In this document: positions 48,716 to 60,044 of the stretch, piece after piece
How the letters are laid out: the number at the start of each line of letters is the position of its first letter
How positions within the stretch are numbered: the first letter of the stretch is position 1
Source: Lepidodermella squamata
Taxonomy: Eukaryota; Animalia; Gastrotricha
Direction: 5' to 3'
Assembly: GCA_047495785.1 (NCBI GenBank)
Contig: JBLDXI010000015.1
Location: 1,922,001-1,986,000, forward strand
DNA: 64,000 nucleotides
Program-made: the position numbers and the translations under genes
The notes under the pieces: generated by a model
What the model was told of the DNA's origin: nothing
The model's database searches: none
Seen by the model: only the letters and a program-made list of their open reading frames with translations

Positions 48716-49330
48716 CTCAGAAGGCAACTAAAGTCAGTCCGGACTTCGCGTCTTACTGTCTTTCTGTCTTTGCTGTAACATGTCACGGCAAAAAATCTAA
48801 TGTTTTTACTTTTTCATACTCTCCATAGATATACCAGCTTACTCAGCTGCATCGCAGATGCGTTACATTTGATTGAGTATATATAGTTGACGAATTTAGT
48901 TTACTTAGCGACTTGACCGGAACTAGGTACCTGAATAGTATCATATTATCAATAATACCTCATTAATAAAAGTAACAGGAGATGTCGCCTGCACTGTCAG
49001 AAGAAGACCAATGAACAGCAAAATCGCATCAACCGCAATATAGATTGAGCTGATAAAGTGGAACTTTTGCTCAAAATTGTTCTAGCCTTGATTCCGCAGG
49101 TTGCTGGGGTTCCGAGGTTTCTGCGGGTTCGCCGCCGTTTTGGTGAACTGGATATGCGCTTTCTTCTTCAGCAGCGGTGCTGATGCGCGCATCTTGTGGC
49201 TGCTGTGGTTCGACGGGCAATTCACCTCCTTCACCGCCATCTGATCCAAATCAAGCACCGCCCCGTTATTCTGGGGTTATTATTTCTTCTCCTATCTTCT
49301 TCCTTCTTCTTCTTTTCTCAGCTTTCTTCT

Positions 49331-49418
49331 TCCGGTCTGCGGTCTGCTATTTCTTGGTCAGATCCTTCTTCGTTTCCGGTCTGCGGTCTGCTATTTCTTG
49401 GTCAGATCCTTCTTCGTT
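49331..49418. repeat. Perfect 44-bp tandem duplication
   Basis: tccggtctgcggtctgctatttcttggtcagatccttcttcgtt occurs twice in tandem. Confidence 0.95.
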
Positions 49419-50167
49419 TCATCTTCCGTCTACTTTTTCCTCCCAGCAGCATCGCTAGTTATTCTTTTTCTTATCCTTGTTCTTTGAAGTTTCTTTGAAG
49501 ATTAGTAGTCTGTCGTGATGTCCTTGATGCAAATGGGCTTGACATTGTTGGAGCAGAAGACCGTCCGCCACTGAAACCGCGCCCCTGCCTATTGCCCTTC
49601 GTTTTTTGATCGTTAGCAATGCTGGAAGATCAAAGTTTGTTTCGTCGCGTCCATCATCACTGATTTCAGAGAACTTTGAACAGCCGCCTAATTGGGAAAA
49701 TCTCAAATCGAGCCAATCTCCTTTCATTTTATGACATTTCTAGTGGATCCTTTTACCTTTTGTATACCTATGTAAAGGAGAGTTGTAGAGCTTAGCCAAA
49801 CTTTCTCTAGGCATTGCTGGAGAATAGATTTCACTTGTCAAAGCCGACCATTTCTCCGAAATAATTCTAATATTAAATGGTAAACCCCTTTTGCACAGCA
49901 CCGCAGATTGTATTAACCTCTCATTACGGACGCAAATCCGGCTGTTGCAAAAAGGTAGGTATGTCGATGATAGACACAGAGATCAGACAGCTCCGGCGAT
50001 CGTGATTAGCATTCCATTTTGAGCCATAAAACCTGCAGAGACTCGGCAATTGACAGCAGGTGCGTCTGGTTTCCAGCATCAAAATGCCTCTCCAGAATTC
50101 ATCAAACGAAATTTCGGCGAGGGCACGGCTTGGATCTCATTTTCTAGCAATTTTCCTTTAATCTCTA

Positions 50168-51839
50168 ATGAACAAATTGTTTGTTAACACTTGCTTACTT
50201 GGCTTCACATTACTTCTCTCAGCGCAGGGGGGAGCAGCTAACATCAAGGCTGATGCTTCGCCTGATGTTGATGCCAGCGGCTCAATTCACGATCACTTAC
50301 TAGTCGCCAATGAAACTCATGCACTCATCAGCTTAGAGAAACTATTCGCTGCTCTTAAGAAGGGAAAGGACGGTCAGCCTGCTCTTCCACCATGTCACAT
50401 GGCTGTTTTCGAAAAGTTCTTCCCGTCAAACTGTTCCATGTCCGTGCCCTCCACTACAACTACCACAACTTCTACGACTACAACTACAACAACTACAACA
50501 AAACCGACAACATCATCGACTACGACAACGACCAAACCAACAACAACAACGACCACTAAGGCTACAACTACTTCAACCACAACTAGACCGACAACCACGA
50601 CTCGAACTATTCCTACTACAACCACGAAACCTACGACCACTACAACTAAAAAATCGATAGTTACCCAACCAGGTACATTCAATTTTAATTAATTATGTAT
50701 TTTGATTTATATTGAGAAAATTAATTTGCTTATCGCAAAGCAAAATAGCTTAGAATGGCGCATTATTAGGTGCCATTCGGATGCTCACAGGTCACCAAAA
50801 TCGTCCTTAGAATTTTATTAATTAGTTCGCTTTCATAATCGGAGAAAAAATATTTTGCTGTGAATTTTTAAATGAGAAAATAATGATTGCCGCGGACCAA
50901 GACCCCCAAAGTTGCGCAATTTCGGGGGCCCTGAGGCATTTTTTGCTATTTGATCACATTTACGAGGTTTGAGTTAGGTTTGAGACCCTAAGTGTCTAAC
51001 CTCGTTTTGCTCAGAATTCCAGGCTCTGCGCGATGGTACCAATATCTTACAGATATCCGAAATTGTTTTCCCATTTTGAACATTCGAATAATACGAAACC
51101 TGTCGCAGATAGAAATAGCACAATGAAGCAAAAAATGCACTAATTTCGCTAATAATTATAGCCCAAAAATTGAAAATATATTCTGAACCATACAATTCGA
51201 TTTCATTTTACGAAGAGCGGCAGGGCCATCAATGCCGAAATTGAGCCAATTTATGGGCTTCACCACGTACACAGCCAGTTTCCCTGATCATTCTCAGAAA
51301 TAACACCTATGCGATACCATCCACCTCATAAACCATAGAAACCGTCTAAAATTGCTCATAAAGTCTCATCTATCGGGTCGGTTAACTACCTAGCTTCATT
51401 AATTCTGTGATCTTTCATTCGAAACTAGGAATTTTTTAAATTTGAATAAAATCTGAATAAAAAATAGGGCCGATTCTAGCCGCAAAATGCTTCCGCAGTA
51501 ATAATTTCGGAATTCATTTTTCCTTGGTTTTAATCTCATATATGATGCTTTTCAGCTCCGACAGCGGCTCCGCTGAAACAAGAGCCTTCTACTACAACCA
51601 CAACCCCGTCAACAAGTACAACGACAACTACCACCACAACCACAACGACCAGCTCGACACCATCTACCCTGACGCCGTGTGAGCAGTATCGATCAACAGC
51701 TGCGCCAACAACGCGCCAGCCATTCAAATTTCCGTGCCCCCACAGCCTGAGCCTAACGTCGGCAGGAGCGAAAATTATCACCGAAAACATCCCACCCTTC
51801 CTATCCATCATCCTACTCGCAGTTTTGAATCGATATTAA
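50168..51839 (+). CDS. Secreted or GPI-anchored Thr-rich mucin-like protein
   Basis: Signal peptide MNKLFVNTCLLGFTLLLSAQG. Exons 50168-50672 and 51557-51839 join in frame. Two poly-Thr tracts; the C-terminus SAGA...FLSIILLAVLNRY resembles a GPI signal. Confidence 0.75.
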
Positions 51840-52112
51840 ACAAGACCAGGGCCAGAAAAAATTAAGTAAAAAAATTGCTCTTTATTAAGCTAGAAACTGA
51901 AGCTGTTTTTATTCATAACACTGCGATTGCAACGACGAACGAGATGATGAAGATGATGATAATAATAAGAGGCGGTTACATCTAGGCAGTAGTACATTGA
52001 TTTAATCGCGATAAAATATGAAGACTACAAAATCGTGGAATCATAACAACTCATCCCGTCGCCTTTGACAACAACTATTTTTATCAAAATAACGAGTTTT
52101 CAATCAAATCAA

Positions 52113-54218
52113 TCAATCAGAATCAGTAATCTCCGACTCAGTGCCAACCAACGTCGAGTCGTCATCTGGCCGCTGGTCGCTGGTAACAACAGGCTCCATC
52201 GGGGTTGACTGCGAGGTGACGGCGAAAAATCGCGCCGATAACGGCTGCAATCGCTCCAACGCGGCGGCTTTCGTTAGCATCGACGATTTTTTACGCGAAA
52301 TCACGCCGCCCGTTTTCCGAGAATGAGGCGAACGCAGCTTTTTCACCAACTTATCCGCCACATTTCGATCCGATGTTTTCGGAATGTCAAACGCTGACGA
52401 AACAACCGAGGCGTTTGCCGAGTCTTCGAGGGCTGATACGCTTAACGCCGCCCCGCCGGCCGTTATTATCGACATATTACCGGCCTGGCTTGCCGAGGGG
52501 GATAGCCCTAAATTTCCGACCAATTCCGCTTTTTCACTCTGAGTTAACCCGCCGCCGTTAACACTCAAATTGTCCTCGTTATCGCCGTCTTGCCACTCCT
52601 TTTCCGCGTCTTTTTGAACAATTTCTCGAATTTGCTGGCGGCGTTTCAACGTGCCGGCTTTCGCGGTTATAACCCGCTCCTTTTTCCGATCCTCCTTAAC
52701 AGCCTTCTTTTTCGCCGCAGCGGCCGGTGCAACAACTGGAGTTGGCAGTGACTCGAACGATCGGTCGGTTTGAAGAACTGCGCGGAAGGTTTTGTTGCGG
52801 TGGACGGATTTTTGAAGATGCGTCGAGTTGTTGAAGGTTGAGAAGCAGTCTTCGGCTGATCGAGTGCCGACAATGGCGGCCACCGCTTGCCAGTAATCGG
52901 TTTCAGAGGTCGGAATCTCGTCGACTGCTCGCCGTAACGCGGCTAACTCGTCGTTAGTCCACGGGCCCTTTTTGAAAATCATTCGCTTTCGAGTTCGTCT
53001 ACAAAATTCAAATTACAAGTTAAAAAATTCGAATCGAATTTATTGAATTTAAAATCGAATCGAGATTTAAAAAATAATTAGTCCCTCAGATATAAAATCT
53101 CCTAATTAAAGCATAACTGAATTTGCCCGTAATTGAAAATAAAAAATTAATTGGGCGCAGACTTTGTTCCTCTGAATTTTTCTGATCTCAATGAAGATTT
53201 TCAGAATTCAGAAGGAAATTTCTACTTAAAAACCCATATTTGGTGATGATTTAAAAGAACAGGTATTAATTTTAATATATTTTGAAAGTATTTCCCCGCT
53301 AAAATATTATTCAGAAATTGTTTCAGAGAAAATTCAGAAAATATTATTGAAGCAAATAAAAGTAAGCAAAAATTACTTTTTCGGAGGGACTGCAGCGTCG
53401 TCAGATTTAGATGGCCTGAAAAAGAACAAAACTTGATAAACGAAAGGAAATGAAATAAAATCAATGAGACGGAATTAATTGAATGAAAATAACTAGTAAA
53501 TTTGGGAAACTCAATAAAAATTGAAAATTGAATTGCGCCAAAAATACTCCATCACAGCTTTTTTTGTTCCTCTAATTTTGTTAAGATTATTTCATAAACT
53601 AGTCCCACTTTTACGAAGAATTGAAATGCCTAGATGCTCGTTAAAATCGGTTTTTTTATTTAAATATTATCAAAAAACAATAAAAAATTACCGTTTTGCT
53701 GAGACGAGGGTGAGTTCAGAGCAGGCCTTTCTAGATCGAGTAACTTTTTTAACAGGCGTAGTTTCACTTCTGCTTTTCCTCGGTGATAAGCCAGGCGGTC
53801 GTTTTGGAGAATAAGTCGCAGTCGCAAGAATCGACGGCAAATTTAATGGCTCTAGCTTAACTTTTGGTATCATAGAAAATAATTGTTCATCTGTTTTTAC
53901 GTTAGATCGAACAATCAAAAAACAGCAGTTTTATTAGATCGTCGTCGTAATTTTATTAAAGCTCCTACCTCTCTTCGCATTCGAGCGAGTACTTCGAGAG
54001 CCTTTCGTATCTGGCGAGACTTTTTCGATTAACTGGATGTTTGAGCTCGGTATCTGGTAATTACCATCGGCCGGCAGTATTTTGTACTTGTAAGGATCCA
54101 GCTTAATCGGCACCAGCCGAACCACCGGTACCATGTCGATACCAGACATTTTAGCTTTCTTCGGTGGATTAATATTGGTGTGGTTCGATCGCGCGTATTT
54201 GTTTCGAGTGACAAGCAT
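52113..54218 (-). CDS. MIS18BP1: MIS18BP1/KNL2-like SANT/Myb-domain protein (short form)
   Basis: Exons approximately 54218-53968, 53890-53692 and 52998-52113. SANT domain WTNDELAAL...YWQAVAAIVGTRSAEDC is followed by ITAKAGTLKRRQQIRE (cf. MIS18BP1 ITAKVGTLKRKQQMRE). Confidence 0.75.
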
Positions 54219-55513
54219 GATAAAAAAAACTACAAAATTAGCAGCACGTCATTTCTAATGAAAAGTCTGCGGGTAGAGTAAAGACGCACGCTGTGATGAA
54301 GACGAGTTACGCCACTAACGGTGATATTTCACATTAGGAGCACAAATTCTGTCGTGCAACGCGGTAGTAACAAGAGGCCATTGTCTGTAATGTACTGGAT
54401 GAGTATGAAGCGGCGCGTAGCGGAAGAAACACTTTTGTTAAAGAGGTCAACTGTGGCACCACAGTCGCGCTAAGCTCAAAGGCTGGCCGTGCTAATGGAC
54501 TGCGTAGGTTTAAATAGAAGTAGTGGGTACAAAATTACACGAGGTCATTTAACTTCAGGTCATTTTGAAAGTTATGACTCTACCACGGAGTAATGAAAGA
54601 CAAGGAAAATAGAGTAAAACTTGCCGCCAACTGGTCACTATCTAGACAAGAGCATATTTATCTAAAATTTATTAAGCTTTTCAGTCGGCAACATCTTTTT
54701 ATTAAATGCATTGCACACGTAAAATTTCATATGGGATGGTAGTAAAGAGCAGATTGCGATTTCGGACGTTAGTTGACAGTGAAGCTGATCGGCAAAACAA
54801 TACGATATACTTTGTTTAAAGGAAATGATCGCGTGTCTTCATGTTCATAGTTGATTGTTATTTTTTTTTATAAACTGAGTGGGTATGAATCATTCAGCTA
54901 GGCAGCATTAAGCGACTGCGATACACTTTTGCAGCAAAGCACAATTTTTGTACTACCTTCAGCACAAATGATAAAATTTCAAAGAGAAAAGTTGAACGAA
55001 AGAAAACAGAACACCTGCGAGGAGCTAGACCATAAACCTGAGGGTCGTGATGCACCCTGCACTCCCAGTCAGCATTCGAAATATTCAAAGAGGTACTCAT
55101 TAAATGTTATATTGAAAGGTAACAGATCATGATAATTTAGAAGGTATCATCTCAATCCTATCCCAACTCCTATCCCAACGCCAACATTTCTTGATTTCAT
55201 CATACAAGCTAGATATCTACGAGAATGTTGCCAGGGCCGCGATAAGTTAATGATTCATTAAATATCCTACAATTAATATATTCCATGGAAAATTAAATAA
55301 CCACTTTTCCGAAGACAACAAAAAACGAAAACCGTAAGTCAACTGTCAACTAAACCATTCTTGCTGGGAACTGATGCTGAGAACAAATAGAAAAACCTCG
55401 ATTATAACCCAGCGGCAAGATTATTTGTTTTCTAAAAAAAGAGGGACGCCATCGAATTAATAAGGACAAGTGATCAAGGAATTAAGCTGTGTCGGCCTGG
55501 CGGCCTTTGACAG

Positions 55514-55642
55514 TGACGGGGAAACTCCCCGTTTTTTACAGGACTGCCGAGTGCGCGAACGACGTGCCCAACTACTGCGCACACTTGACGTACGTACGGA
55601 ACGACGGAAGGCGCCCCACGACAACGGGGAGTTTCCCCGTCA
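55514..55642. repeat. 129-bp element bounded by perfect 20-bp inverted repeats that are themselves hairpins
   Basis: tgacggggaaactccccgtt (55514-55533) and aacggggagtttccccgtca (55623-55642). Confidence 0.9.
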
Positions 55643-56887
55643 TAGACATCGGCTCCACCACTTAGTTATTAAAAGTTTAAAGGACAGCATTTAGTAGTGC
55701 CAGGCAGCAATTTTCTGCCCAATTTCTATGCTTGAAAAGAAGGAAATCAACAAACCAACGGGAAAAGTTGACTCAAGAGTTGCTAAATGTCTCAAAACTA
55801 CGGAAGACTATAATAGGTAGCGGTACAACGGTCCATTTTCCCGGTGAAGGCTGAAGTCTCGGGGTAGTAAATGCAAATTGCCTATCACAATTCTTAATAA
55901 TGATCAAGTCGGCAAGCCAAAATGAAGGAAGATGTTTCGTATGCCTAAAAAGTTGTAACGGGTTGCTCGTAGCTTCCAACGCACCGCAGGGTGGCTGAAA
56001 AGGTGAAAGATTAGTAGCACTGCTAAATCAGCAATCATCCAAAATTCGCCAGTTACCGGCAGCAAAAAGCAGGAACAAAAGCTAAAACGAGGCATCCGGA
56101 AAAGTCAATTTCAAAACAGCGCGCAATGACCTCATAAAAATAACTCACAGATTGCTCTAAAATATATTCATACAATTATTTTGAATATATTAAATGATAT
56201 TTCATCTGCCTTTAACCGCATGCGATAGTTAAAGGAACGTGCGTTAATTTTTCGCAATAATTTTTTTATTCCGGCACACTTATCAGAATTTTTTCGAGGC
56301 GGTTTTCAGCAATCAATAGTTCTAGTGTGCGGTCAGCTTTTCTGAAAGCCCCGGTTGAAAAGGACTTGAGTAGAAAAGGCAGCAGCAACATTTGAGGCAT
56401 TTTTCAAAGGCGGAATTTTCTCAAAAAATCGCAAGCCTTCGACTTGTGAATCCATTTCTAACAGGGCTTTCAAAAACGACCTATCGATTGCTGAAAACCG
56501 CATCGAAAATATTCCGATTAGTGTGACGCAAGACCAGTTTCGACGCCAGCTCTCACTCCAATTCGATTTTACGTTGAAGGACAACGTTCGAACGACGAAT
56601 ATTATTTTAATTTAAACTTTGTTTAGTTCAGATGATGTTTGACTTATCTGAAAGATCAATAAGGAGATTTTGTTTATATTTATATGTCGAAATCAAATGT
56701 ATTAAGTCATGCCCCGCATAACCGATCTCTCGGCTAATATTGGCAAATGTATGATGCAAAATTGTGGGATGATCGTATCTTAGCTTCTAGCGCTTTACAG
56801 CGTAACAGCAGCATCATAACAAGATGAAAATGCAGTGAAGATGCAGTTGAGGAATCATTAGAATGAAATTGTGCTAATCTCCATCGG

Positions 56888-57436
56888 ATGCCCCGAAAGA
56901 ATAAAGCAGGAATTTCCAAGGCGGAAAGCGATCGTGGGAACGTTTCTCCAACTGCCCGCCCGGCAATCAAAAAGCCGAAACAAGCAAACCGACTGACACC
57001 AGCTAAGACAAAGTCGAACAGAACCCGGTCGAAGACGGCTGAAAGACCGGCAGTTGACGACTTGCCTCCGTTGAGTAAAAGCCATCCTATAATCTCGGCA
57101 ATTTTACTGGGCCGCGCGCTGCCAACGTCGCTGCGAAAATCGTCTTCATCGCACCAAGGCATGTTACGCCAGCCTGTTATTTCTGGCACTAGAAACAATA
57201 CCAAAAGGTCTTCGAATGTGAAAACAGTTGCAGCTGGAACTACAGGCAAAATTGAGTAAGTGGTTAATTTTTAATTTGAGTTTTTCTCAAGGAACGCAAG
57301 CAAATAAGTAGACTTGATCTAGAATTTAGAATTCAAAGGCGTGTGAACTTTTTAATTTCTCTTGCAGCCTGGCCGATCAGAGTTTGATGACCAATGAGAA
57401 CGATGGCCACCAATGCCAATTACAGCTGCAATGTAA
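56888..57436 (+). CDS. Possible orphan basic low-complexity protein, or pseudogene
   Basis: 123-aa K/R/S-rich ORF ending at a gtaagt donor (about 57256), with an acceptor cttgcag at about 57367. No recognisable homology. Confidence 0.2.
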
Positions 57437-57826
57437 TGATAATCCTCTCAAGTATGTTCGAAAAAGAAAGTATGAAACGAATGGTTTCAATGATTTCTTG
57501 TAGCGTGGAATGGGCGTTGTGCTCTGACCCATAGGACGGATAGAGCGAGGTTCCGGCTGCTAATTACTGAGAGACAGAGTTTTCTGATCATCATTTTCCA
57601 GTCATGTCCCAGTCATTTCCCGATATGATACTTCATGGCTGTATCAAGATCAGGACTGCTTTCTTGTTGCTATAAAACATAAAACTAATAAACAAGACAA
57701 TATATCAGGACAATTCCTCTTAAAAGGTCGAACTGCTGAATAAAATCAATAGGTAGAATCAATATAACCAATAAGCCTTCATGCGTAGTAAAAACTAGCC
57801 TATCGACTTTGGAAAAACGATGAAGC

Positions 57827-57900
57827 TGCCCCCTGTGAGGATCGAACTCACGACCTCCAGATTATGAGACTGGCGCTCTAGCCAACTGAGCCAAGGAGGC
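57827..57900 (-). tRNA. tRNA-Met (CAT), elongator type
   Basis: GCCTCCTTGGCTCAGTTGGCTAGAGCGCCAGTCTCATAATCTGGAGGTCGTGAGTTCGATCCTCACAGGGGGCA; G1-C72 pair and TTCG T-loop. Confidence 0.95.
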
Positions 57901-57976
57901 GCTTGTGTTCACCCTTAATCCTATTGTGATCAAAGATAGCCATATCAATGAATTTATGCAGGAAAAAGCGAAGCCG

Positions 57977-58048
57977 AGGCCCAGACGGGGATCGAACCCG
58001 CGACCTTCTGTTTACAAGACAGATGCTCTACCACTAAGCTACTGAGCC
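57977..58048 (-). tRNA. tRNA-Thr (TGT)
   Basis: Cloverleaf with anticodon arm TCTGT-CTTGTAA-ACAGA. Confidence 0.95.
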
Positions 58049-58115
58049 GGCTGATAGCTGAGCTCTTCGGTGATTTTAAATAGGGGCCAGTGTATCCATG
58101 GGGACATAAAAATAG

Positions 58116-58187
58116 CGACCCAGATGGGACTCGAACCCACAATCTCCGGCTCCGGAGGCCGACGCCTTACCATTAGGCCACTAGGCC
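58116..58187 (-). tRNA. tRNA-Arg (CCG)
   Basis: Cloverleaf with anticodon arm TCGGC-CTCCGGA-GCCGG. Confidence 0.93.
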
Positions 58188-58538
58188 GAGACAATACCGC
58201 CATTTTCAAGCCTCGAGTCCTCGTGGGACCCAACTAGCTAGGTGGGTTGTTGAATATGGTTTCTTGTTGCCCATCATATTAATTATATAGTGTGACAAAA
58301 TCGACAAACAGTTTGGAAACAAAAATGGTGTTGACTTTTCCTATAGGCAGAGAATTTCGTCTCGCCTTTGTCGTGAACAGCCATGCAACGTGACAGGGTA
58401 CCTAAATGTATCAAATTTTATTTGAGCTTTTTATTTTAATGCGCAACACCATTTTTATTTGTCAGCGCAAGAAATATTGGTACTTTTTCTTAAAGTGCGA
58501 ATCATTCACTCACATCCAACAGTCTCCGAATCCACCAA

Positions 58539-58620
58539 GCTGCTATGCCCGAGTGGTTAAGGGGTCTGACTTGAAATCAGATGCGGTCTCCGCGCGTAGG
58601 TTCAAATCCTACTGGCAGCG
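58539..58620 (+). tRNA. tRNA-Ser (TGA)
   Basis: 82 nt with a long variable arm, anticodon arm TCTGA-CTTGAAA-TCAGA and G73. Confidence 0.95.
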
Positions 58621-58759
58621 ATTACAATTTTTAGACGAGAGGGTGGCAGTGACCCAACGAACTGTAAAAAAAACTCCGAACGATCGCAAGGCAGATTTTA
58701 AAATTTCAATTATCACGCTTTTACTTACTTTTATGATAATCACGCGCAGTAAAAAAAAT

Positions 58760-58831
58760 TGGAGATGCCGGGGTTTGAACCCGGGACATCTTACATGCAA
58801 AGCAAGCGCTCTACCACTGAGCTACATCCCC
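58760..58831 (-). tRNA. tRNA-Ala (TGC)
   Basis: GGGGATG...CATCTCCA with a G3:U70 pair; anticodon loop TTTGCAT. Confidence 0.96.
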
Positions 58832-58903
58832 TGTGATTTTAAGGAACATGGACCCTCTTTTAATGGCAGTAGAACTTTATCGAAGTTGGAAAAAGGTTGG
58901 ACG

Positions 58904-58976
58904 AGGTTCCGGCGGGGTTCGAACCCGCGACCTTCTCCGTGTGAAGGAGACGTGATAACCACTACACTACGGAACC
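58904..58976 (-). tRNA. tRNA-Val (CAC)
   Basis: Anticodon arm TCTCC-TTCACAC-GGAGA. Confidence 0.94.
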
Positions 58977-59043
58977 TGGATGTAAACGAGGGTTCCCCGT
59001 AAGGTCATTACCCGAAGTTGCGATGAATATAAGAGAAAAATAG

Positions 59044-59115
59044 TTCCCTGACCGGGAATCGAACCCGGGCCGCCGCGGTGAGAACGCGGAATCCTAACCA
59101 CTAGACCATCAGGGA
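59044..59115 (-). tRNA. tRNA-Glu (CTC)
   Basis: TCCCTGA...TCAGGGAA; anticodon arm CCGCG-TTCTCAC-CGCGG. Confidence 0.95.
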
Positions 59116-59191
59116 GGATGTACCTGGATCCTATAATTGGGATGTGACATTCGTTAGGAATATTAGGATATGACTGTAAAAAAGTTGAAGC

Positions 59192-59265
59192 TGCCCCCTG
59201 TGAGGATCGAACTCACGACCTCCAGATTATGAGACTGGCGCTCTAGCCAACTGAGCCAAGGAGGC
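59192..59265 (-). tRNA. tRNA-Met (CAT), elongator type
   Basis: Identical to 57827-57900. Confidence 0.95.
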
Positions 59266-60044
59266 GCTATAAAGGATGTATTATAAAAGCAAATACAAAA
59301 ATATCAACCTATGATTAAAAGCTGTGACATATGTAAAAGGGTGACCACAGTCAAAAATGCCCGCTAATATGTACGTCGACATCTTATTCACCAACATTAT
59401 CACAATATTCACTAACGTCTCGCTGCTGAATCTGGAACCTTCAAAGGTCGAGTGTCGAGTCATTCATTTCTATGTCACAAATCATTAACGAGCTATTTAG
59501 GATTTAGGTACAAATAATTCAAGTTACTATATAGAAATATTTTTGCGCATCTGTACTTTTCAACCGATTCAACCGTCTAATACTGCGATTTCTCGATAGA
59601 AAATGAATGGATTGAAATTAAATAGGAGAAAACAGGAAGCAACGTGTTTCAGCCAATAAGTGAGCTTGCACATTTTTTGATTTCAAAAGCATGACCATTT
59701 TCAACGGCGTGGCATTGTTTTGCGCAGGTCAGCAACGTGAGAAATCATGAAACAGGTCTACCTAAATAAAAAACAGGAATTTTAATGAGTTGAAACCGGG
59801 CAAATTCACGTTTTTTAGAGCGGGCGATGTTTTTTAAATGATCGCGTAAATGCGCGGTGGTTGTTTTGCGGTGGAATAGTGTTTAGGATTTTCGGCCAAA
59901 AGAAATAAAAAAGGTTGCGAGCAACAGCAAACTCTGAAAAAATCAGTTTTAAAACTCTTCACTCGAATAGACAATCAAAGGCTGGTTCTGCAATGTGCTT
60001 AGCTTTTAGAGTATTTTTATCGAAATAATTTGACTGATTATTCA

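Noticed and set aside
3521-48727. Idea that a leader ending in AUG (flatworm type) supplies start codons
   Set aside because: Most acceptor-to-ATG distances (4, 11, 19, 20, 35, 49) are out of frame and each gene has its own ATG, so there is no support for this.
50395-51811. Val-rich antisense ORFs (50395-50682, 51536-51811)
   Set aside because: They are the reverse complement of the poly-Thr codons of the mucin-like gene.
58539-58620. TGA-anticodon tRNA as a possible selenocysteine or suppressor tRNA
   Set aside because: Anticodon TGA reads TCA (Ser). tRNA-Sec has anticodon TCA and a longer acceptor arm.
58406-59002. 198-aa ORF and other small ORFs in the tRNA clusters
   Set aside because: They run across tRNA genes and are spurious.
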